Source: Laetmonice hystrix
Lineage: Eukaryota
Length of the DNA stretch: 64,000 nucleotides
Assembly: GCA_965235115.1 (NCBI GenBank)
Contig: OZ249436.1
Coordinates: 16,122,001-16,186,000, forward strand
Direction of reading: 5' to 3'
The notes beneath the pieces are model-generated. The model saw only the letters and a list, made by a program, of their open reading frames with translations, was not told the DNA's origin and searched no databases. Positions 39,019-50,100 of this stretch are shown here, piece after piece; the stretch's first letter is position 1, and each line of letters opens with the position of its first letter. Both the position numbers and the translations under genes were made by a program.

Positions 39019-41157
39019 GGGTGTCCGAGCACAACTACAGCGAAGCGACCGGAAGTTGGGCCGAGGTTTTCCGAATGCTTTCCGTTTTCTTGAATGTCAG
39101 AGTTGCGGGATTTTCTCGATTGTGATTGGTCGAAAAAATTTCAATTAATGAGAAACTCGTGCAGAATGCAAAAATATTCCAGCTATAGCCTAATTTAATT
39201 ATGGCTCCAATGACTGAAGGAGAAATATGGGATCTACTTTCACCAGCCGATCGCTGTCTGTAAACTACTTTGGCTTGTGCGATTCTCAAAACTATAGTTC
39301 ACTCAAATCCTGCTAGGCCTATGCGCCGCCAGCGCTGAAAGTCCACTTCCGCCGACAGTGGGACTTCTGGTGTCAACATCGAATACGACACACTGCCGCT
39401 CTGTTTCCGAGTATACATGTCATGATTGTCGGGCTCGATTGGGCTAAAGATAGAGTTAGCATTAGTTAAGGTTATGGTTATGGTTAGCTCTCAATCATTT
39501 CTGTCTGATGAATAGATATTCATACTAGTCTACCTGTGATCGTTAGGCCGAAGTACCTCACCGTAATCGTTAGCCCTAGAGTTTAACATCCACCTACCAG
39601 GGCACTAGTACTAATACTATACTATTAGGGACGGTGGTCATTTTTTCAAACTCTGTATATTTGATTGAGACCCAGTTCAATCGATAGATCTCAATGAGAC
39701 GATTCTAAAAATGTATACTTTTCCTATTGTACGATGAATATTTTTTGAGTTATTGACCAAAAACTGGGCAAAAAAAGGGCCCCGATTTGAACGGCGCGAG
39801 CCCGATATCCCATTTTTTGTGAAATTAACTGAAAATAGGATTTCAATGTCCAATATTTCTTTTTAAATTTATAATGAAATCATTTTTTCTCCTTTCCACT
39901 CATAAACTATATGCAGACAGTCAATATAACTAGTTTTTTGTTATTTTAATAATTTATTCTGTTAATAACGGTCAATCCAAAATGGCCGAAAGCCTAATTT
40001 TGCTTTCATTATCACGGCGGTACGAAACAGACAAAACTGGAAAAATGACCAAAAATAAACTTTTTCAAATCTAGTTTTTTTTAATCAGATATCAATCTAG
40101 GGGTCTTTATTGGTTATAAACAGTGTTTTTTAGAGGTATATGTAATAATTTTCTGCATGTAACAGGCCACTAAAGTTACCTCTACTACAGCAGAATTTTT
40201 CAGATGCAGTTCCAGCATGGTCACGTCTGAAATCGGATTCGGCGAGCAGTGACATTCACAACTATTGATACAACACAAGATTAAAGAAGTGAAAATCCTA
40301 TGTAGAGATAATTTGAGACATTGTATAATCTTTGAGAACTAGTAAAGGTTCAGGAATAACCTGGTTAGACCCCCTAAGATATTTGGTACACAAGATTTGA
40401 ATTTTCATTCTTGCCCCAACAGGTCATCATAGGGAATATGAAATTACCGGTATTAATAATATATTGTCGAAGGAGAAGAACTGGTCCATAATGAAGACAA
40501 GAGTGTACGGACTAACCATCACAATGATACAACTATCAGTGACGGATCCAGGGGGGTGCAGGGGGTGCACACCCCCCCTCTCGCCCCAAGTGCCCTTTTC
40601 TCCACCCCCCAAACTTTTTTATATTTTTACAAAAGATTTTTAAAATTTAAATGTCCAATTGTCTATTGGCCTATTATGGGCCTAAAGGCTGGTCTATATC
40701 GCGTATTTGGCACTGTAATTTTCATTTTTTTCTTGGGGAGGGCTTTGGCGCTCGTATGACACCCCCTTTATCAAATTCCTGGATCCGCCCCATGACTGCC
40801 CCCACACTCAGAAATTTCTAGCTACGGCCCTGTTGATATGCCACTTTTTGTTTAGGCAAATCTGGGCAAATCACTGGGGGGGGGGGGGGGTTGAGAAAGT
40901 CTCCTTTTTCCATAGCCACCCCCCCCCCATCTTGAAAATCCTGGATTCTCCCCCGACTATGTACATAACTTCATAAGAGGTGTAAAGAAACTAGACACAA
41001 CCTCATTTTTGGGTCGCAGGGCGATGATGGATGACATAATCCTCGCACTCTTCACTGTTTTGCAAGAATTTGTCATCATCCTCGACCCTTTAATTCAATT
41101 CAATCACTGTTTTGCAAGAATTCATCACTCATCACCATAAATTTCGGTGAAGTGTAC

Positions 41158-41330
41158 ATGCCGAAGCAAGGCCTGCCATTCCAGTTTGTTGGGAAGTCTG
41201 TACCATCGGATCCTTCCAAGCAGGGCACAAAAAGAAACCAAGACCAGGAGTATGAGAAGAACAAGTGGCAAAGGACATTCCAAGCATTACAGTACAATTC
41301 TGGACAACTAGAAATTCCCGTGGACAACCT
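41158..41330 (+). pseudogene. Remnant N-terminus of a hAT (ZNF862/TTF zinc-finger type) transposase
   Basis: MPKQGLPFQFVGK...KRNQDQEYEKNKWQRTFQA followed by a frameshifted W..FPW-like motif. Confidence 0.45.
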
Positions 41331-43665
41331 AGGTTCAATATGTCCGGCGGACAACCCCACCAAAAATCCTTAAATATTGAACGCTGTAGACAGCATAAAA
41401 CCGATAACGAAAATGCTGCATAAGTAATTTTAAATTTTATAAATACTAGAAGAAACAAGAATTACTTGGTTACAAGTTAGACCCCTCAGAAATTTGTTGC
41501 ACAAGATTTGAATTTTCACTTGAGCGGTTGAGTTACAGCAAGTTGAGAACTCTAGTTACAGTGAGTCGAGCAAGCCTCGCGTTACATTGAGTCGAGCGAG
41601 CCTCAAGTTAAAGTGAGTCGAGCGCTCGAAAAAGAATTATACATGTCCTTTCTGAGCCACCGTATGAACCTGAGAAAAGATCTGAAGTATATCTAGCTAA
41701 AAAAAGTTATTTTTTTATTCAATCAAAACTTTGTTGGAAATTGTTGGATTTATCATTTTTACAGCGGTCCGCTCTCGAAAACATGTATTCAGCAAATATA
41801 TTAAAGTTATTCAGATAAGTCCAACCCCTTTTTAGGGGAGGAGCTCTCAAACTTTCACAAAATCTGAAAATTTCCAATGATAAAAAATGACAAAAAATAG
41901 AATTGCTGCTAACTGACATTTGCTCTATTGTGGGTATTTCAATCAATTTCATGCTATTCAATGTTATTTGATTGGTTTTGGATGTCAGCAGAGTTTCATT
42001 AATTTGAAATATGGGTCACAAAAAGGAAAAGGGGGGGGGGCATTAATTTTATGGGCCTAGCCCAGCCAGGTCTAAGACCAAGATGTGGAGAGCCAGGCTG
42101 ACAGCTACATGTAGTATTTAAACTTGCTCAACTATGAAAAGTGTTGAACCTTTTCCTGAGGAAACCCCATATTTTTGCTAAATATTACATTCTTCTAGGG
42201 GGGGCTAAAAATAAAATTACGTTGAAAACATGTAGGCCAAAACAGAATCAGGCTAGCCAAGCCAGGCAGTCCAGAGTCTCAGTGAGGCCCATCACCACTG
42301 TTGACGTGTTGTATAGATCTGTCAGTCAGCAGGATAACCCCCCAGCTTTCAAGGCTGTAATAGTTTAGGTAGGGGGTGAACACCCCCCCCCCCCCCAAAT
42401 GCGCTAGATGTTTCGGCTCTAACCTCAGCATAAAATTTGGACCGCCTCCCGTTGTGACGCACGGTATCTGGCAGCAGACGCACGGGCCCCTCTCCCGGGC
42501 CTGTACAGCCACAGCCGCCGGGACGTCTTGACCTAGTTAGCGGTAGGCGCTCTGCAGAAGACGTGCCGTGATCGGTGCAGACACAGGGCCCCACATGTGA
42601 GGCTTGCGCACGGAGATTAATTTAGTAAATAAAAAACTGAGTTGACTCATTGATAGTAGAGATCCTTAGCTTTAAAATGATATCTGAGTTTTTAAGATCT
42701 GACAAGTGTAACCTATTTTTCGAGCAGTTTGAATAATTCAACAAATCCGTAAGTAAACTAAAAATCATCACAGAATAAAAACTCAGATATTTTCTGAATC
42801 CTGAGATCATTGTCTACCCGTTACAGCAATCAGCTACTTTCTATCTATAAAAGCCACGTTGCGCACAGCGGTTGTTGCCGCATATGTCTTCTGCCCATAG
42901 CGAGCGCAAAACGGCAAAAACGCGATTCTGACGTGAATTTGATCGGTGATTGTGAGAAATCGTCTAGAACTAGCAGGCTGGAACTTGCCTGATCGACAAG
43001 TAGAGGTGTATGACTGTATGGTCTGAAGATTTCAGAAGGCTAAACTGAATATTTAGAGAGATACAACGAGTTAAAAACAGGCCGCCGCGTGAAAGAACAT
43101 AGCCAAATTTCGGCCGCGCAGAGCGTTCAAATCCAAAACGTCAAGTTCCGACGTCGCTAATACTATAGTCTACCAGACACGCTGCGCACTCCCTATGCTA
43201 TGGCTATGTCCCCGACATTTCATATTATAATCACACTTGGCATGACTTTTATTTTCAATTAAAGTCCCCTTCAAACGACAATGCCAATGGCATGAATGTC
43301 TAATAATAAATAACGTTAATGTTATATTAATATTACTTTCAGGGGGGGGGGGCCTCCTAGCAGGGCTTCGCGGCTGATGCCGCTCGCAATTTCTAGTAAG
43401 CCTCCAGAAATTCAAGCTCCACCAGGTTGGCAACAACAGGTATATCATCAAGAGATCGGCCACACGGGAGTCTCTCTACCTCTGGCTCTGGCCTGTTTTG
43501 TTTTGGTTTCGTGACCTAGATTGCTCGAAAACATGATCCGGTACACGCGACGTCAAGTCGAGACACCCGTGAAACCCTTTCATCTAACGTTAGACTTAGT
43601 TGGAGGCTAGATCTACCCAGAAAAGTAAGTGCCAAAATTAAAATAACATAACAAAAGCACTACAA

Positions 43666-43920
43666 CTTAGTAGCGAGCGCAAGCGAGCCGCGCAGCGGCT
43701 CGCGAAGCGAGCTCTATGATTAACACGTGTGAAAGGGTTGCCAAGGTGACACATACTGTCTCACCAAAAAATTTCGTCACGTAAAACCGGAACCGGAAAA
43801 ACCATGGAGCAAATCCATGGAGAAATCCATGGAGGGTCATGTGACCCTTTCAGAGCGTGTGTGATTTGTGACGTTGTCACACGTGTTGTCATAGAGCTCG
43901 CTTGCGCTCGCTATTACAAG
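43666..43920. mobile_element. Foldback MITE
   Basis: Arms tagcgagcgcaagcgagc..ctctatga..acacgtgtga / tcacacgtgt..tcatagagctcgcttgcgctcgcta. Confidence 0.65.
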
Positions 43921-46194
43921 TGTCGACCTGAAGTAGGTTATCAGGTTAACCCCACCTTCACCGCAGACGTTTTCGCAGGTCCTTGTTTGGAAATGGCGCG
44001 TGGTTACCGAAATCTGGATTGGGTTGCATGTCGTTATTAAATAACAAACCACTACCACCTTTAGAAGATAATAGTTAGAAATTGTAAAGTTATAAAATAG
44101 ACTAGCATAAGCTTTGATTATTCTATTTGATCCCGAAAGGTTAGAAAAAACCCTCAAATAAATTTCTAGTAGAATCTAGGTCAATGTCGACAATCAAAAA
44201 TGGGCACTGTGTTGTAAACACGAATGGCCTACTTCTAAACAACCTGCCTGACAATCTGTCATTTTCAGAACATCTAAATCTTCCCTTCTATGACTGATCT
44301 GATTCTATACTGTACGGAACTGTAACTTTGGGAAACGAGTTATGTCCACATCGTGGTATTCAGAGATAGTCTCACTAGCCACAGATTAGCGGTTAGTACG
44401 CTTACGTAGGCCTACCACTGTACCAGTACCAGTACCAGTGTACTGTAGCCAGTGTAGGTACAGCATACTCACCAGATGGCGCCAGTTATTTTCCTCTCAA
44501 CTGGCACTCTCATTGCACCGCCCACCCGGCACCGCCCGGCGTTGGCACATCCCTGACTTGGTAGTTTTATTAAGTTTATTGGTTAATTACCTAATTTTCT
44601 GTAGCTGGGGTGATTTGAAATTTTGAAAAAAATAATGCAAGAACTTCAACATTTAGTAATACTAGTATTTCGCCATTTGTACGATCCTAAAGAATCTAAA
44701 ATGACTCAATGTTGGGTCATGTCAATGACAATGGGGGATACTGTTCAAAGTAACCCCAGAAAGCCTATTTTCTACTTGCAGTTCTGATGACTTGCGAGTA
44801 CAATGTATATCAGCTGACAAGTAATATAGGTTCAGTTTCCATGTATCGCCCCAGTACGCAATGACACAAGACTGGCACAGGTAGTGAGATGCCGGCAAAA
44901 TTGAGTCCCTTATATATATAGTGGTTAGAGCCTGTATTAATGTAGCCGTTGACTCTCCCCTATACACTACGCGAAGCTGTTAAGGGTGTCCACGTCTAGT
45001 ATTAATGGTGTTAGTAAACTCATATAGACCAGATATCATTATAAAGTTGTTGTTACGTTAACAACTTTGACCAAACATAGATCAATCGAATAAAATGACC
45101 CGGCCACTTCGCGACAGCTCTGCAGGGCCGCACGGGTGGCTCCCGGTGGGGACAGCTAGGGCGGCCCGGCGGTCCGCGGGCTCCGAGTCGCCCTAGCTCA
45201 TAATGTTGAACCACTTTGAGTATGGATTTGCCGTATTATTTGCCTTGATTTGACTGGATTCAACACAAGGGTGTTCAACGCTTAACATGAGAGTCAAGTC
45301 GTCAAAATGAACCGTCACAATCCCGTAAAATGAAAAAAGTCAAAGTTCAAACCGTCGCCAGATGTTTCGATTCAACGGTGGCGTACGGTTTGACATGGTT
45401 TGACTGGCTACCTTGATTCGATCCTCTTATCGCACGGATCATACATGCTAAATAAGGAATAGTCCACGTTTTCATGGCTAATGTAATTGTCAAGAAAGGC
45501 TACAATCCGTGACAAATTCGGTTTCAGTTTTTTGCCAACTAACGAAGAAAGCCGTCTATTGACAGCACCACAGCCCAGACACTGGCGAGTGGCCACCATT
45601 GTTGTTTACATGGGACGCTACAATAGTGCGCTGACCCCATCTGACCTAATATGGTGACCTCCGATTGGTATCCGAGTCTCTCTACATCGTAAAGGGCTCG
45701 GTGTTCCGAATGGGGCAGTGGGGTGTTGCAGCCCTTAGGATAGATTCCTCGAGTTGAGGTTTTTAAGATTCAGAGAGGGGCTGTCGAGGTGATGGGGATA
45801 GTCAGGTAGGGGGAATCAAGAAAAAAGCTGAGAACCATTGATTTAGTATGGAGACACAAAATGCCATTCTTCTCCATTACACCCATTTCTCATCAGAATC
45901 TCTTTCTAAACTACAATGTATTAGTTTTACAATACAATGCGCAATTTGACGAGAAATGTGGTTTGGAGGCCCAAACTGGCAACAGCCAAATTCTGGTTCC
46001 AGTCATTTAGTAATGAGAGGCCCATTAAAACTTCAACCTGTGATAACGCCACAATTATTGTTTTCTTATTTTATTATCAAACTTACTATGCAACAGAACC
46101 AAACTGTCTTATGTTAGAAAAAATACATTTTATATATAATAGGAATTCTTTAATTGCCAAAAAACGGGTCAATATTTGGAGAGGTGTATTCACC

Positions 46195-46389
46195 TGGCAG
46201 GGTCATATCACGGCGGTGAAGATGATGAAAGTCAGTTTTTCTTGGTGGAGAAAACCGGAGGAAACCACCGACCTTCGGGAAGAAACTGACTGACAAACCT
46301 TTGACACATGCAGCCCAGGCCGGGGATCGAACTCGGATCGCAGTGGTGTGAGGCGATGGTCTTAAACCGCTCGGCCACCCGAGGCCCCC
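46195..46389 (-). mobile_element. tRNA-derived SINE (Nin/Deu-like core)
   Basis: Minus-strand head ggggcctcgggTGGCCGAGCGG (A box) ... GAGTTCGATCCC (B box), followed by core ggtggtttcctccggttttctcc. A degenerate relative lies at ~23960-24075. Confidence 0.75.
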
Positions 46390-47133
46390 GTTTATATAAC
46401 TAGGTCACGAGACTTACGCTCCCTATTGTCCTAAAAAAAAATTCAATCTATTTATTTACTGTATTGACCCTTATTAATAAACTTACACTATGCTTGAACA
46501 TTTTTGACATGAAGAAAGTTATGAGGAACCATTGTAAAATAAAATGCGTAGGCCTATATGTACACCCAAATATTTCACAGGACATGACTGCTATCAACAA
46601 TGCAGCATTGTAGACTCTCAACAATGCAAACATAGGTTCACGCAATGGGACAGATAGTTCTTCTGTTACTGGTGATTAACATTGGAGCCAACGTGACTCG
46701 CTGCATTCCGATTCCTAAAACGGGCTTTATTGTATAATTTGGGTATTCTGGCAATTGGAATTGACTTAGGAATGACCTGTATAACTAAGTCTGCATTGGT
46801 TTGGGTTATTGCAATGTACTAAAGTCACATTTTGGCGAGCAACATGAACAAAGCACGTAGGGTGATAAAGAAAATACTTTTATTACTGTCATATGAGCCA
46901 TATTATAATATAGTGCTGCCATGCTTGGGAACTCCCTCAGAGTCCCTTACAAGGGCCAGTTAATGTATGTTTCCCTCTGTAGGGACCTCTATGCAGTGAG
47001 CAGGAATAGTACTGTAGTCTACACAAAATCTTTAATCTTATGATAGTCAACGTCACGTTAGGGGAACTAATCAGAATTATGCACACATAATCTATCGATT
47101 ACTCCATCCCTCACTAAACTGTGCACTGTCAGA

Positions 47134-50100
47134 TCATGTGAACTTTTCATGGACCTTGTCCCAGGCTTCATTCAGGTTGCTGTGGTAGACATCAACCTTA
47201 ATAAAAACAGAAGAAAAGAAGAATTTGTTTCTAGTTTACCTTCACTTTAAAGGTCTTAATGATGAGCCAACTGGATGCAAATTATAAATTTCATATAAAA
47301 TAAAAATTAAAACTTAAACAATAAGATCTGTTGGTTTATTTTCATTCCACTTCAAAGAAAACTGGCATGATAAGGTAAGAATACTGAACCTGTGTCAACA
47401 GATTTTCATAGGATTCCTTCAGTGATGCCATCCGAGCCTCATGATTCCTCAAGTTCACGGACTGCTCCTCCTCTATCTGGCGCTTTTGATTGAAAAGATC
47501 TGCCTTTTGGGCTGCATCATATGTTTGCTGGGTAGTAAGGCGTTCTTTTTCACTGTGGAGGATGTCACAATTATTAGTATCATTGTCAACTAAGGATACT
47601 ATTTACTGTAATGCAAGTTGAGCAAAAAGGATTCTTTTTAAGAAGAATACATGTACTTATATTGAACCAGAATTTGAGATTATCCAGAAGAAAGGTCAAG
47701 ATGTGAGACTTACGCAAGCATCTGTTGTAAAAAGAGCTCCTGCGTCTCTTTTTCTTTTGCATGAGTAATGTTTACTTTGCTGACCTTCTCCTGTTTGTTG
47801 GCCAAGACGCGCTTTAACAACTGCTCTTTTGCATCCAGGTTTGGAATTTCATATTTTAATTCCATCACCTGGTCAAGAAGAGATATGATTTCTCCCTCCT
47901 TCTCCCTTAAAATGTAAAAAGGTTGTAAATGTTTAACATTGCTGGGCTGTAGGGCTATAAAATCGGAAAATTCACGGCGACATAGAGAATGGCGAGAGGA
48001 GAGGAGAACCTCTTTGGACCCCCACCCCCCATAATGCATTTTGAGATCTCAATGGATTTGCATCAATCTTGGTGACCATAAATCCAGATGAAAAAATCTG
48101 AATTCTGAGGAAAACATAACACTCTCATGCCTGTTGGAAGTAGTAAATAATCTGAGGTTTAAAAATTTAATCTAGTCAATCTTACTCTTTTTGAGGGGGG
48201 GGATGGTTTACTTTCAGTCATTAATATGCATGCATTTGATGATTTGAGTGGGTAGGAGTGAACAAGTGTAGGATGGGATTCCAAAGAAAATTCTGACTCA
48301 TACCCTTCTCACGAGTCGAGTACATAAAAATGATCACGTACTTCTGATTATCAATACTTGTCTTGACACTTGTGATGAATTTAAGTGCTCGGGTGCAATT
48401 GGCAGCAGCGCCGTCAGTCATTTTCTGCATGTTGTTAAATTCCGTCAAGCGCTTCTTTCTCTGTTCTCGGGTCCCTTTCAGTTGCTCCAGGTGTCGAGTG
48501 TTGCGTGCAACTTCATTCTTCATCCGCTCTGGAGATGGCACAATTTTCTGAGAGAGCAGCGCACCACTTTCCTTTGCCTCAGCTATTTCCGCTTTAATCT
48601 GGGCCTGTAAATTGCACAAAGTTTTGCTGATGATACAATACAATGCAGAGCCTTGGGTGCCCTCATCAAAGTCTACATTAGTGATATGGGCTAAATGTTA
48701 ATCAACCATGCACTACTATTTGACTGAATGACAAAAATTATGTTGATGTTCAACAAATACATTCTCACCAGTTTAGCTTGCTTTTCTGATATGCAGAGTT
48801 TCACATCACTAAGATTCTTCTGCAGGTTTGTTGCTCCTTTGAGACGTTCTTCACACTGGTGCCGAGATTGGCCTACCTTGTCAGAATACTGAAAAAGGAC
48901 ACCAAACAATCACTGCTAGAAACAAAGGAAATCTATCAAAAACCGTCAATTTTCTTCAACAATTGAACCTACATCCACATGGACATTTCAAATAATTAGT
49001 TTTACAAACTCCAAATAACAACCAACTTCTCAATTACACTCAGCCCTTAAGCATTAACTCACTGGCCCAGCCCGTTTTTTCATGTGCCGGGCCAGTCCAG
49101 GCCAGTAGTTTTTGTAAATCAATGGCCCGACCAGGCCAGTAGCTCTAACTTTCGTAAATCTCTCTCAAGATCAAATACTCTCCAAATGCTCCAAATATTC
49201 ACCAAATACTCTCACAATCGCGATCTTTAGTGGTAGTGGTACCAGTACCTTCTCTGCTCCGGCCATTTTCACTGAGGTCGTAGTAATGTCAAACGCGTGC
49301 ATTAAAATTCAGGCTGCTACTTTACGTCTGTATGCATGTCTTCTGTATGATTCACTGGACTGGACGCTCACTTTTTTTGTGCCATGCTCTTGTGATGATC
49401 TTGTCGTCTGCTACAAGGACACGAAGGAAAGGACCCCCCCCATACCCGGGCCAGTGGACCAATTACCCAGGCCAGTAACTTTCATTTTCTACTGGCCCTG
49501 TGGGCCAGTACATCAAAATGCTTAATGTCGAGGGCTGACACTGTTCCAGATCAACATTACCAAATTTTTTTGTATAGCAAAATTCAGCCCATGCCCCAAA
49601 GTGGCACAGCCAGGGCACGTGCCGTGTGCCAGGATGCAGGGTTAGGTACGGGAGGGGGATGCGTAGCAGTTGGCAGGTCTGCTGTTCATGTTTATAAATT
49701 ATATAGACGATCGTACATAACTGAGAGTCGTCATAAGTCAAAAACGCATCAGTATTGGGTAATAAAAGCTTCCCATACGCTAGGTCCTTCTGTACTGAGC
49801 GTCATATATGGTTGGGAGGGGGCTTCTAAAATGGTCTGCAGTGGTCAGCAAGCGCTGGCTGGGTGCCAACAGCTGGACACGTTGGCACCCTGCCAGTAGG
49901 GTGCCAACTGGACAATACTATAAGTTGTCAGTTTCAGTTGTTCCCAGCATTAGCAAACACATGCAGGTCATTTGAAAGTTGGAAGTTAGAAGTCAAATAC
50001 GCAACACTTCTTGAGGATTGGTACTACAATACGCAAGCTGAAAAAAGAGGGGGAGTCAAAAACTCCCCACCTTAAAATATTATCTGAAGCCCTGTACATA

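Larger units (their letters stand above)
37833..45714. mobile_element. 7.9-kb element with ~800-bp terminal inverted repeats and 5-bp TSD
   Basis: Left arm 37833-38630 is the reverse complement of right arm 44837-45714. Ends are CCCATTCGG/CCGAATGGG, and GCAGT is duplicated at 37828-37832 and 45715-45719. Confidence 0.85.

Noticed and set aside
37833..45714. RAG-like/Transib or Polinton identity for the large element
   Set aside because: The ends are CCC, not CAC or AG, and no RSS-like heptamer/nonamer or RAG1/2, PolB, integrase or capsid remnants were recognised.
46310..46389. tRNA gene
   Set aside because: A and B boxes are present, but there is no convincing cloverleaf and a SINE core follows, so it is called a SINE head.
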